From NCBI RefSeq assembly GCF_009914755.1, contig NC_060947.1: 64,000 bases of DNA, one strand, 5' to 3'. The stretch is from the human T2T-CHM13v2.0 reference genome, Homo sapiens. Below are positions 15,113-28,609 of the stretch, in pieces (within the stretch, counting starts at the first letter, position 1; each line of letters begins with the position of its first letter). A program made the translations under genes and the position numbers. The notes beneath the pieces are model-generated. The model was not told the DNA's origin and searched no databases. It worked only from the letters and a program-made list of their open reading frames with translations.

Positions 15113-15745
15113 TGTATCAGCTGGAGTTTGACCAGGGAAGCAGAACCACTCTAAGTGCTCTAAAGAGTCAGGAGTTATCATAGACATCAACCCTGCCCCA
15201 GTGAGGGAGCTGCTTCAGCAGTCTAGGGAAGGCTGCTGCTTCTGTGCTTGGTGATGGCTCTCAAGGCAGCGTGGGCAGCACTCAGGAAGAGAGATGGGTG
15301 TGAAATGGAGGGGACCAAGGACAAACTGAGCCTTCGAGGACAAACTGGGACTTGCATCTATCTCTCAATACCTCCAACCTCAAAGGCATGGGTAACCTGC
15401 AGGCTAGGCCAGTGCCATCCACCATGTAGCCACACACACGCCAGCCCCAGAACTCCGAGAAGCCGAAGGAGGAGCTCTGGCAGGCACTGGAGGGGCTGTG
15501 GGCCCTGCTGCCACCCACACCAGCAAGGTGAGTCCACAGATCAGTGACAACACGTGTGAGCTGTGACAGCGCCTGCCAGCCTTCCTCCCAACTGTGAGAG
15601 TATAGGAATGGCTGCTGCTTCACTTCCACCCACACATCGCACATAAATTTCACTTCTGGCCAACCCCAAACAGAAAGAAAAAGGAAAGGAATTCTGGGAA
15701 ACATAATTCAGTCCAGTTAGGTTCACAGAGTACAAAGCCATCAAC
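15113..15745 (-). mobile_element. Old MLT2-family LTR (MLT2F-like)
   Basis: CCAGGGAAGCAGAACCACTC start; GGAATTCTGGGAAACATAATTC...AAAGCCATCA end. Confidence 0.65.
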
Positions 15746-15829
15746 TGAATAATTCCTTCCCCATCTATTCAATGCCCCACCTCCAGTAACTCACATTTGC
15801 TCCAGATACTAAATAAGCTGGATTACTCG

Positions 15830-16205
15830 TGTATGGGTCAACTGTTGCTATGTAACAATCTCAAAATCATAGCAGCATCCAACAATGAGCATTTATTTCT
15901 TATTCACAAGACTGTGGGTCAGCTGGGAGGCTTGGTTCCACAAGTCTCTCATCCTCCTCCTGGGACCAGTGCAAGCTGGGGTGATGGCAGAGACCCAAGA
16001 GGACAGGCAGAAACTCATGAAGCCTCTTGAGGCCTAGGCCCCGAGCCAGAACATCATCCCTTCTGCTCCTTTCCATTGGCCAAGCAAGTCACATGGCCAA
16101 GGCCAAAGTCAAGTGATAGGAACATACAACTCCCCCTGTGATGAAACCATGGCCAGGAAGTGAATGCAGAGAGGGGTAAGCAATCAAAGCCAATGACTCA
16201 GCCCA
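15830..16205 (-). mobile_element. MLT1 (I/J/K-like) LTR
   Basis: CCATTGGCCAAGCAAGTCACATGGCCAAG motif. Confidence 0.7.
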
Positions 16206-16890
16206 CCCCAAGGGAAACATTCCCTCCATCTAGATATATCTCTCCTGCCATCCCATCACCAACCCAAGGAGAGGGAGGGCATGCTTTTTACTACCTTTCT
16301 TCAACTTTGACTGCTCAGTTGATGAGTCTCAAGCTACATCTGTCTCATTCTTTTATCCCTGTCCTTCTACCTTTCTCTCATCCAAATCTTGTCTGGCTGG
16401 CGATCACAGGGGAAAAAATCTCTTTTTCTTTTTCTTCATTTCATTTTTGAGCCAAAAACCATGTGATGCCACATGAAATTCTGCAACAGATACAACTGAA
16501 CCAAGGAAAAGAAAGGCTGTTTTGAAGTTAAATTAGATAAAATAAAGAGTCAATGTCATCAATCTCTAACAACCCTTGAAATTGTCTAGAAGTACCATCC
16601 ATAATCACTGCAAAGTTTCCATGTGCCTCCTCGGACCTAGCTAATTAATATCTGTTTCTCTTCAAGCCCCAGTATTGAGCTATAAGAAAATTTCTCCATT
16701 TAAAGTTACAGTTGGTGGTGTTTGTATTTAAGGACAATGATTACTTTCTACTAGCTTCTCTCTTAGGGTGCTCTAGAGGAGTGGCTGAGTTCAGCCACAG
16801 AATGCACTTGGCACAGTGCCCAGCACACAGCCAGATCTCACCACTGTTAGCCACTGTTAGTGTAGCCAGAGTCTTCATTACAAGAGCATA

Positions 16891-17438
16891 GTGCTATGGA
16901 TAGCTACTGCTGCATAAGAAACTACCCCAAAATAGAGTGGTTAAAAAAAATTGCCATTGTATTAAGTTCACAGATGTCACGGGTCAGGAATTCAGACAGG
17001 GCACAGCACGGGTGGCCAGACTCTGCTCCATGTTGTCTGGGACCTCAGCTGAGAAGACTCCAATGGTGAGGAGTGATTTGAATGACTGTGGACCCACAGG
17101 GACTCACAGGGCACACCTCTCTCCTCTCTCCTCTCTGCTCCCCACCACCTTGTGGTCCCAGGGCTTCTCTGCATGGCCTCTTCAGCATGGTGGCCTCAGG
17201 TTTGCCAGGCATTTTACATGGTGGCTCAGGCCTCCAAGAATGAGTTTTCCACAAACATGGCGGAAGCCACATGGCCTTTTGTGACTCAGCCTCTGAAGTC
17301 ACATTATATCACTTCTGCCATTTTCTCGTGACTGAAGTAGCCACAAGCCCACTGGACTCAAAGGGAAGGGATACAGACCCCAATTCTCAATGGGAGAAGC
17401 ATGAAAGAATGTTCAGCCATGTTTTAAAGCCACCACTC
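16891..17438 (-). mobile_element. MLT1 (F/G/H-like) LTR
   Basis: CTGCTGCATAAGAAACTACCCCAAAA...GGTCAGGAATTCAGACAGGGC...CAGCCTCTGAAGTCAC. Confidence 0.8.
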
Positions 17439-17659
17439 TGCAATTTCTGGTACATTGACAGTTAAATAGGCTTTTGTGGGTTAACCAGGAACCTCAGAAC
17501 TTTTCTTAGCAGTTTTTCTACGGGAACTGTGTTTTTAGGTCCCAATAAGAGACTTACAAGTTCACTTTGGAACAGAATTTATTTATAAGGTGGGACTTCC
17601 TGAATTCTCATTTCCCCCTCCAAAATGTCTAATACTGTGAACACTGCTACCAATAGTAC

Positions 17660-17905
17660 TTCTTAATGCGCCATGCTGATTGAACACTTCCTAGGTGCTA
17701 GGCTCTATGCTACGTGGATTGTGTCATTGGATCCTCCCAACCACCCGATGGATGCTATGGTTATTTCCATTTTACAGATGGGGGAAGTGAGACTTAGAGA
17801 AGGCAATTGATAAGCCAAACGACATGCAGATGGAACTATGACCCAAATTTAGAAACCAAGTCTGTCTGATCCCCAAGCCCATGCTTAACTAACCACAGTG
17901 CATTG
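17660..17905 (-). mobile_element. MIR
   Basis: CCATTTTACAGATGGGGGAAGTGAGACTTAGAGAAGG. Confidence 0.82.
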
Positions 17906-19086
17906 ACCCAATAAATACCATTTGAGTAAACAAAAACCTCTGGAGATCCGTAAAGGCCAGAGGGCTCTCTCCAGGGGAGGAGGCCTAACAGGGGAACTGT
18001 CAGAGACGTAGCCATCAGTCCCCACTATGGGTGACTTGTTCTTGTGCCAGCAGGTCAAGGGGCACCAAAAGGACAGCCCTCTTTGCTGGGTGGATCTGGG
18101 TCACACAGTCCCTTCATGTGGTCAGAGCTAATTTGTGTCTTCTAGTCTTCCCTGCCTTGTCCCTAGCTCCCAGCCTTCTCTGCCACCACAAGTTCCATCT
18201 TTCCTAAACCAGAGCAAACTGAGCCACACTCAGCTTTTTGTCCCTAGGCATGGATGGGGAATGAAAGGCGTTTTTTGTCCCCTGCTGTACAATGCCATTT
18301 GTTCGGACGCAGCTCTGGGGCTGTGCAGGGGATGGGGGTTGGGGGGAGTGAGGCGAACACAACCCCCTTTCTCCAGAGCTGGGTAACAGACAGCCACTGC
18401 GCACCCAGCGGGAGGGCAGGCTTAGGCTGGAACGGCCATCGCCTGTGGGCTACTCAAGAGGAAAAGAGGTTGCTGCTCTGGTGAGCGTCCTGAGCTTCAC
18501 AGTCAAGTGTCTGTGTCACCAGCACTGGCCATCCTCTCCCAACTCCCTGTTTCCCCAGCACCCCTCCTCCACACCGTCCTGCAGTTTAGGATGAGAAAAC
18601 CCTCTTGTTTGAGGTCTTTGCAACAACCGATGAAAGCCTTTTTTTTTTTCTTTTAAAGAATTCATCTCTGCATTCCAGTGGGGACATTTATCACCCGGTG
18701 CCCAGGCTGCAGACATCTCCCTCCTTAAGATCCTCCTGCCCAGAAAGGCAGCCTTGTCAAAGACATGAAACCATCCCCTCTGGACATCTGGACAAGGCGC
18801 AGCCCTTTGGCCAAGCACGAGGCCGTCCCGAATGCCTCAGACAGTCAAAGGAGAGCCCTTGTTCCTGATCCAAATGGCCCGGCTACATGGATGCAGCTGG
18901 GTAGAGTGGGGGCGGCGGGGGTGAAGAAAGGAGCCAGCCCCCTTGGCTAGCAGCCTCAGGCACCTCCACAGGGCAATCTGAAAGGCCAGCCTGCATTCGG
19001 AAGAAGCTTCTGAAGCCGCCTTAGTAACTTAGTAACTCCGCCAATAGTTAAGAAAGCTCAATTGGTAACCGGTAGTAGATAACTAC

Positions 19087-19572
19087 TGCAATTGTCTGCC
19101 TAGCACCCCATCTTCTAGTGAAAGAATCTTTCTTCCTTCTGGGCAACCAATTTCATTAAATGATCTGAGCCTTCCACGACCCCCCCACCCGCCCCATACA
19201 CTGGACTCCAGGACTCAGCCCTGGTTGGCCAATCAGCGTATTCCAATACCCGGGCACAGTCATTGGGCACTTAACACTAGGTCAGCCAATCAGAGCCCTC
19301 CTTGGGATTTTTCTCCCAGAGATAAGAACTGTTTCCACCAGGGTAGGATGAGGCCTGCAGCTGCCAGCAGCTATCTTTTCCACCATGTGGCTTGAGGCTG
19401 GCTGGGAAATGAAGTGACAGAGCCCTAAAATTAGTGTTTGAGCACCTAAATCCAGCTATGTCTGAAGCTATTTGTTGGACATTTCAGGTCTCTCCACCAA
19501 TAAATTCTACTTTTTGCTGTAGCTGGTTTGAGTTGGGTTTCTGTCACTTGCACCCCAAAGAGACTGACTCAT
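19087..19572 (+). mobile_element. MLT1K-like LTR
   Basis: GCCAATCAGAGCC...CCAATAAATTC...GTTTGAGTTGGGTTTCTGTCACTTGCA. Confidence 0.8.
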
Positions 19573-20096
19573 AGTTCCTCCTTGAACAAATATAAAGTCC
19601 TCATATTGGCATTTGAGGCTGTCTGTGATGTAGCCACAGCACAGACAACCCAGGCCCCATGGGGCAGCTAGGCCAGCCTTGTCCCTGCTCCAGAAGTATC
19701 AATTCCAGCCCAACCCTCCAAAAACATGGATGCCCCTGACAAAGTGACCCTGGGAGCAACTGTAACTTCAGGATTTCTGATCATCTGTGGCCTGAAGAAG
19801 CCCCAAGAGGAACTTTGCCCTGTGGTCTGGGCAAGGCTCTACCCTTGGTAGCAGGCCAGTAGCCAAGTCTGGGCACACAGCTCCCACCAAATCACGTCAA
19901 GCATGCTCACAGCAGCACGCTCTGGTGCCCCCGGTTGAAGGTGACAAAACAGGGATAGTCTCAGACTGCCCAGGGCCCAGCTGCTCCCAGCGGCATCTCT
20001 GGGGCAACCCTCTTCAGGGCCGGTTACCAATCCTCCAATGTGAAAGAGCTGCAGCTGATTTCTGGCTGTGCGAGAAGGTGAGAGCACACAGGATCA

Positions 20097-20810
<714 letters not shown>

Positions 20811-21102
20811 CTATAATCTGCCAGCTGAAGGGTTAACTCTGGAGCCCTAGCCCAGTCCCAATAGAGCACCAAGGGACCTTTTTGATAGGTGGGTGGCCAG
20901 GCCTTACTGGTGGTTAAATATTCTCTCATCATTAGTTAAGCAGAAAGCCGGTGGCTTGGGGGCGAGTGAACCAAAGGCCAAACCCTGAGGCGTGGGGCAC
21001 TGAGTCCTCACCAAGGACAGAGTTGGCCACCAAGCTTCACTGGCATTTCTCATTGAGCTTCCCTCCCCAATTCCTAACCTCTCTGCCAGCTCTGTGGTCT
21101 AG

Positions 21103-21112
<10 letters not shown>

Positions 21113-21147
<35 letters not shown>

Positions 21148-21181
21148 GCGTATGCAGTGTGTGTGCACCTGTGTGTGTGTG
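21113..21181. repeat. (TG)n microsatellite with degenerate extension
   Basis: ~16 perfect TG units followed by interrupted TG. Confidence 0.95.
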
Positions 21182-21324
21182 AACAACCAGGCACAAAATC
21201 AACCTGAATGGATCCATTCCACCAGCCTTCTTCCCCCTCCATGCTCTGCCCCAAGTCATTTTCTACCCCACACTCGCTATTTCTCATGCTCTTCCCCGAT
21301 GACCACACGCCAGATGAGAACATC

Positions 21325-21500
21325 ACTGAGAGCCTACTTTATGCCAGACTCTTTACGTGTATAGCAGTCCTAAGTAAGTATTGTCACCTCCATTTTACAG
21401 AACAGAAAACTGAGGCTCAGAAGGGTTAATTATGTTGCTCCAAACCAAGAAGCAGGGCTAAGATTTGAACCCAGGTCTGAGGGAAGGGTACACCAACACC
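21325..21500 (-). mobile_element. MIR
   Basis: CCATTTTACAGAACAGAAAACTGAGGCTCAGAAGGGTTAA...GATTTGAACCCAGGTCTG. Confidence 0.85.
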
Positions 21501-21824
21501 CACAACCTTCCCACTGTACTCTGCTGTCTCCAATATGGTCACATGCAAAAGAAGCTGCCTGTAGTGTGGCTAGCTATTTGGAACCATTCTGAAAATGGTC
21601 TGGCTCTCCTTCCCTGCCTGGATTATAAGCCCTCAGGTGCAGACACTCTATTCTTTCTCTCTCCTTGAGCCCCGTCTTCCTCCAGTACTGGCATTATTGA
21701 GGCATTCAATCAATATTGATTAAACTGAATATCATAAGATGCAGAGAACTAAGCCATGTGGCCAGGAGGGTGGCAAATCTTTTAAAAAGAGCTAGCTGCA
21801 GGACATGGTACTTATCTTCGGTCT

Positions 21825-21958
21825 ATGAAAGAGAAATAATAATAGTATCTACTTAGGATTATGGTCAGGTTCACATGCAAAAAAAATGTTGAGTATACAA
21901 CGCAGGGCTGACACACAGTAAATGCTCAATAAATACTAGATAATATTACTGTTATTAT
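21825..21958 (+). mobile_element. MIR 3' part
   Basis: ATAATAGTATCTAC...ACACACAGTAAATGCTCAATAAAT. Confidence 0.75.
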
Positions 21959-23028
21959 TCCCACCCAGTGGTCTAAGCTTGAAATAAGCTTTTTAATTCC
22001 CTTTGCTCCATGGCAGCTCTGCCAATTGCTTCCTTCAGTGAGGAAAACACCCAGGAAGACAGATCTACATAACCCAATGACTGTCTCCCGGGCTCTCGTG
22101 GCAGAATGTGAACTGCTTTTAAGGTCTCTCATAAACGCACTGCTCTACTGAGACCTTCGGAGGGTGGCGGGGGGGCTGCCGAGCGAGCCATTTTGTGTCT
22201 TATTTAGAAGCAGTCTTACATGCTGGTGTAAAGGTCGCTGTAATGCAGCCCACGTGACTGAGCCTGTGTCCAGCAAAAGTCCGTGGACAGGATCCCCTGT
22301 TGAACCCGTTCCTGCTTCCTGCAGGTCACCAAGCACAGACCCACTGCGTGCCTGAATGCCAAAATCATTTAATGATTTAAAAAGATTGAGATCAATGGCT
22401 TCAGCAATTTCTGGGAAGCAGTAACTCAGTGAGCTGTGGAAGGTTCTCAATTTGCTGTCTGCAGCCTGGCCCTATGGCAGGATTTATGCTGAATGGGCTC
22501 CACAAGGCAAATATATCCGGGGATCGGGCCCCATCCAATCACCCCGCCCAGGAAGTGCTGGCATACTAACATCACCCTCGCAGCTGCCAAGTCCCCCTTG
22601 CTCTGAGGGGCACTCTCTCATTTCACATTAATTAGAAGGCCATTTTCCAAGCATTTCCATCCCATAATGAAGGGCTTTCTGCAGTGGCTCAGTGAAATAT
22701 TAAAACATCTGACTTGGAATCTTAAGAAAAATCCATCCTGCCTGCTCAGTCTGTCTGTATATTGTATAACCCTTTACATTCAGGGAGGAGTGGGGACGGA
22801 ATAAGTTCAGAAATAAGGACAGCTTGTCCCAGATTCTGGCAGAGGAGATGGGATGATGAAGGGGGAAATGACTACACCACCATCATCAAATACTGACCAC
22901 TGTGCTGTCCTCCTCACCCCACATCTGCTTCTAATGGGGAAATACGGGGAACGGGAGAGAGGAAGGGATGGGACAATATAGAACACAGGATGAAAATAAG
23001 AACCTATAAGAGGACAGAGTAGTCCCCT

Positions 23029-23501
23029 TGTGGTAGATGGTTATTTTGGTGGCTCACTGTAAACTACAACTCCCAGTATTCACCCCCTTGTGTAGTCCCC
23101 TCCCACTCTGACTCTGCCTGGCCATATGACTTGCTTTGACCAATGGGGCCTTAGAAAAAGCGATGCAGGCGGAAGCATGTGCACATTGTTCTCTTGGAAC
23201 ACTCTTGGGGTCCAGCCACCATGCAAAGCAGCCCAAGCCCTTTAGAAAGACCATGTGGAAGACCCCAGCCTTCTAACCATGCCGGCCAAAGAGCTAGGCA
23301 TGTGAATGAAGCTATCTCAGACAGTCCAGTCCCATCTACCATTGCCTTCAGCCACACAAGATACCCCAAGCAAGACCAGCAGAAGATCCACCCAGCTGAG
23401 CACTAAACCCCGCAGAGTCATCAAAAATAATAAAAATCATTTTTGCCTTAAACTAATGAGTTCTAGGGTAGTTTGTTACTCAGCAATGAAGAAATAAAAC
23501 A
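23029..23501 (+). mobile_element. MLT1H-like LTR
   Basis: TGTGGTAGATGG...ATGACTTGCTTTGACCAATGG...GTTTGTTACTCAGCAAT. Confidence 0.8.
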
Positions 23502-24362
23502 TTCCGTTAGTTTCCCGTGAGAGAGGTCAAGACCACATTTCCTGGTGAGCCCTGATGAAAGTTCCACAGATGTCTGTCACTGGCATTCACTGATCTACTG
23601 TAGGTCCCCACTAACTGTCACCCTTCTGCTACCCACCCTACTCAGTAAAAAATAGGGTTTCTGCTAAATGCTTGCATCTACATTTCTCACACAGTATATC
23701 TTGATTATAAAGTGCCTCGCTCAGTCATGAACCTTTACTGTGATACCAAACCAGGGCTCTGGGGTTATAAGGATGTAAAATAAAATCTCCTTCATTCCAC
23801 CCTGCATGCAAAGGGTGTGTTTGTATAAAGCACCGTATGGATGCTTAGAAATGAGGTCTGATTTACTAAAGGGTGCTAAATTATATAGATATGTATACAC
23901 ATACACACATATAGTGATTATATAATTTCTTGGTTCATGCTATATCAGAAACTAAACATTGAAAGGCTGTTTTGCTATGCGGAAGTCCTTGCTATAATGA
24001 ATTAATAAGAACGCTGTGCAATCTACATATTAATTGTATGTAAATGGTGTTTTTTAAATGCTTTAAAACAATTTATTCCCCTGAGCATTTTAAATAGGCC
24101 CCCTGGAAAGTTGTTTATGTAGTCATTTGCTTGGCAAACTTCTCTCTCTTAGTGGGTTCCTTCAACCCACAAATGAGCACTTGAGGAAACCTTACTGCCC
24201 TCTTCCTTTTCTTTTCTAGGACCCAGGAGCAAGTGCCCAGAGGGTGGGGGCCTGGGATCTGCCCTAGTGGTTTTGAAATTGAATCACTTGTCCTTTGCCT
24301 CAAACGTCTCTTGTCCTTTCTTGCAATTAATGCCTATCCTTCATGAGGTCTGGGTAAGGTTA

Positions 24363-24667
<305 letters not shown>

Positions 24668-24803
24668 TCGGTGACTATCAGGGACAAAAGAGATTTAATC
24701 AAACCACAAAAAACTGCTCACGTAGCACTGTCATGTTCCCACCTGGGCATGGAAGGAGAAAGTTACACAAGCCAGACATCCCATAAGTTCCCAAGATGAT
24801 CAT

Positions 24804-25235
24804 TATTAAAGCAAACTAAATATGGCCTGAGAAGGACTCTGTACTTCTATATTTGGGTCCTTGTGGATGAACTGTAACCTAGCTTAGTAACCAGACAAAA
24901 CTGAAAACCTAACTTAATAGTATGCACCTGTAACAATGGCTGGGTGATGGCCAATCCCAGTGGCCATACATCAACCACTCATTGACTGCTGAATGTTCAA
25001 ACTGCCTTCAAATAAGGCAAATGCCGAGCTGTAACCAATCTCACTGTTTCTGTACCTCCCTTCCGATTCCTGTACGTCACTTTACCTTTTTTGTCTATAA
25101 ATTTGTTCTGACCATGAGGCATGCCTGGAGTCCCTGTGAATCTGCTGTGATTCTGGGGGCTGCCCAATTCGCGAATCATTCATTGCTCAATTAAACTCCT
25201 TTAAATTTAATTCGGCTGAAGTTTTTATTTTATCA
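24804..25235 (+). mobile_element. MER57-family ERV1 solo LTR
   Basis: TTAAAGCAAACTAAATATGGCCTGAGAAGGACTC start; CCAAT boxes, TATAAA, ATTAAA; 4-bp TSD TCAT on both sides. Confidence 0.85.
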
Positions 25236-25904
25236 TCATCAACATTAAAATGCCACAAGTCACTCAGTGCCTTCCCATCAAGCTAAAGCAATAAACAAGG
25301 AATTGTACAGCACCAAAACAAGATGTTCAATAAAGAAAATGCATGAATCTGTGACATGGAAAGAGCCACTTTCTTGTTTTGGTTTGTTTGGGGCTCCAAA
25401 TAAATTAACCCAGTTTCCAAATTTTCAATTTCCAAATTAACTCAACTTCCCAGGGACCTTTCTGATAAGCAACGTTTCTAATAAATAAGTCCTGATGTAA
25501 GGCAGTCCTGTTATCCATCTAGAATTTCCCCACAAGCACCACAAAAGTATCATTCTATTTATTTTCTTGAGATACATACTCAAGAAGAAACGTGGATGGC
25601 CCCATATGTGAGGTGTACTTAGAATTCAGTGCCTCTCACCTGAATGTTTCAAGATGGGTCCTCAGAAAGCTGTTTTAAGTCTTTCTTCTCCCCACCTCTT
25701 TCTTCTCCCCACCGGTCTCCCTTGGGTTGGCTCCACTGATTTTCCCCAAGTTCCCAAGAACAGAAGCAAAAAGCTTAAGGGAACAATTAATGAAGCAGCT
25801 GCACGTCTTGACCTGGGGACATACAGCACGACTGCAGCCACCTTGGTGACAAAGGTAGCATTTGCATCTTATGGGCCAGGAACAAAGAAAGAAAAGAAGT
25901 AACA

Positions 25905-26090
25905 AGGGATACTGAATGAGCAATTACCTTGTTTCAACACAGTTTTAAATGTAGATGCATTACCTTATTTAATCCTCACAACAATATTAGGAAGTTGGTA
26001 CTTTTATTATCTTCATTATATGGATGAGAAAACAGGTTCTGAGAAGTTCAGCAATTGACCCAAGGGGACACAGCTAGGAAGTGGGGGTGT
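25905..26090 (-). mobile_element. MIR
   Basis: TTTAATCCTCACAACAAT...GATGAGAAAACAGGTTCTGAGAAG. Confidence 0.8.
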
Positions 26091-26234
26091 GGGGTGCGGG
26101 GGTTTCAACCTAGGAACAATTCAGGACAGGCTCTAGGAGCTAAGCCCCCTAACCCATCAGATGCTCCAGGCCCTCTAAGAACCCTAGAGTGGCAGAGGGC
26201 ATTCTGAGCTGACTTCTGAAAAGGGTGTATTCTT

Positions 26235-26365
26235 GCCGGGCATGGTGACTTATGCCTATAATCCCAGCTACTGGGGAGGCTGAGACAGGAGGATCGCTTG
26301 AGCCCAGGAGTTTGAATCCAGCCTGGGCAACATAGCAAACCTCGTCAAGAAACAAAGAAAAAAAA
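26235..26365 (+). mobile_element. FLAM / Alu monomer
   Basis: GCCGGGCATGGTG...GATCGCTTGAGCCCAGGAGTT...GGGCAACATAGC. Confidence 0.88.
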
Positions 26366-26514
26366 GAAGGAAGGAGGGAGGGAGAGAGGAAAGAAGGGAG
26401 GCAGGGAGGGAGGAAGGGAGGCAATGAGGAAGGAAAAGGGAAGGAAGGAAAGAAGGAAGGAAGGAAGGAAGGAAGGAAGGAAGGAAGGAAGGAAGGAAGG
26501 AAGGAAGGAAGGAA
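26366..26514. repeat. Purine-rich tract ending in perfect (GGAA)15
   Basis: 15 consecutive GGAA at 26455-26514, preceded by GGGA/GGAA units. Confidence 0.97.
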
Positions 26515-27682
26515 AGTATACATTCTGGGCCTGAACTGACCATGTGGCTTTGCCTGCTCCAACAGGACATTCTCTGAAGGAGGATGGGGCCAGCTTCATG
26601 TTCCCCAGCTCAGGAACCTTCAGCAGTGATGAGTCGAGGGTCCCTCTGCCTCCCTTTTGCAGTCTAGGCATGTGGGAAGGTGTCGAGAGCCACCTGCTGC
26701 TCTCAACACAGCCAAAGCTGGCCATGACCAAACCCTGGAAAGGGGTGTGGAAGCTGCTTCAGATTCACCAAAGCACCTAGGCTAGGGTGCTGAGGACCAG
26801 GTTGGCCTATTCTGTACCGTTGTGACACTCCAACCTCAGACCTGAAGTTCCCCATTCCCCCCCTCCACAAAGCCCCTCCCAGTCAGACGGCAGCATCCAT
26901 GTCTTCCAGCTGGGCAGGCCGGTGAGGGCAGGTGGGTATACCGCCCCTCCCTCTTGGCACCCACTCTTCCCTGGCTGCCTCATCCCCAAGGCACAAGATT
27001 TACAAAGACTAAGATGTAAAGAACAATTGAAAACAGGACCATAAGGGAGGCCAAAGATTAATACACAAACAATGGAATCATGGGAGAGATATTTGGAGCC
27101 TCCGTGGAAGGAATATTTGAGGGTGAGGTCTCTCAAGTTCACCAATAGATCACCAATTGGCCATTGAATACTTTTGGTAAAAACCAGGTCCAGGGACAGC
27201 CTGTCATCCCCACTGACCCATCAGGAGGGAAGTAGACTGAGACGGGGGTCCTGAAGCTCCCCTGCTGTACCTGCTGTTAACCTTTTCATTGTTGGATGGA
27301 GGGGCAGGCGGAGGGGGCAGTGGGGGCAGAGCGGCAGGGCCTGGGAGAGGGGTACTTGGGGAGTTGAGGCTGTTTACCAAGGAGCACAGCGGATTTTGAT
27401 ATTTTAACAGCTGCTACGGCCTGGCTTGAGCAGGCCAGCTTGAGTATGACCCAGGACAGGGTCTCCTGGTGGCTGGGAACCCCCAGGTACACATGACTGC
27501 TCTGTAAGGCAGGTTCTCCCAGGCCCCCAGAAAGGAGTCCTCATGAAAGAGGGCCCCTTCTCAAGCACACACACTCTCTGCCACTACCACTGCAGATGCA
27601 TGGCGTCCTGTAGGGCTAGCTCATGGAGATATCATCCCCACAGGGAGGACAGAATGATTTGCACTGAGCCTGAGCCTCTCAG

Positions 27683-27687
<5 letters not shown>

Positions 27688-27727
<40 letters not shown>
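27688..27727. repeat. (CT)20 microsatellite
   Basis: Perfect dinucleotide run. Confidence 0.97.
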
Positions 27728-27729
<2 letters not shown>

Positions 27730-28609
27730 CCCAATGCCTGGTCTTTGAGGCTGCCTTTGTGAGAAAGAGGAGGCCAAGGCCCCCACTGGCTATTCTCTGT
27801 GCAGAGCTAAGTAGCCTGGGGGGCTGGGAGGAAGCCCTTGACCTCAGGGGCCCTAAACTGCGGCTGACAGCAGGCAGCAAGGGGGGGCCCTTGGGAATGG
27901 CGCTTTATTGAGGAACATTTGTCTTCATTTGGGGCAGTCTACATCTCATCCCACAGGCGTGCCCTGAGGCCCGAGTCTCCCTGACCCCTACCCTGACTGT
28001 CTCTGCACTGCAACCCCTGTCCCCTGCACTGGATTGAAGGGGAAGTTGTCTCTTAAAGCTCCTTGGAGCCAAGGTGACAGACGTCAGGGAAGAATAACAG
28101 GAAATTCCCTCACACCCTAGAATGCTCCCAGACCCTGCCCAGGAAAAGAGGCTTAAGATAGGGATGGGCACCTCACAGACTCAGCCCCAAAGACCTGGGT
28201 CCTCCCTGGCTAAGTGATTCTGCTAATTCCCACTCAAATTCAGCATAATAGTCATAGGTTTGGATAATGAAAAAATATGTACCTATGGTTTTCAGTATGC
28301 AAACTAAAGAATTAAATCTCCTCAAAATAATTGTGGTTGGTCAGGAGGCCCCCAGACACTGTCTTCTCTCTCATAGAAAGAGACTCTGGTGGAAAGGACT
28401 CTGCGAAGGGGCTTTAGAACCTGAAAATATCAGAGTGCAAGATTGTGGTGTGTTTTTCTTTTCCTGAAAAAGTCAGGATATTTAAAATGTTAGAAGACCA
28501 CGAACTATGCCCTAGATGCTGCCACAAATCTGAGGAGCTGTTAATAAATCATCTCACCTCTCTGTGCCTCATTTTCCAATTTTTAAAAAATTGCCTAATC
28601 ATCAAAGAG

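Noticed and set aside
26149-26731. ORFs with (LPSF)n repeats
   Set aside because: Translation of the (TTCC)n microsatellite
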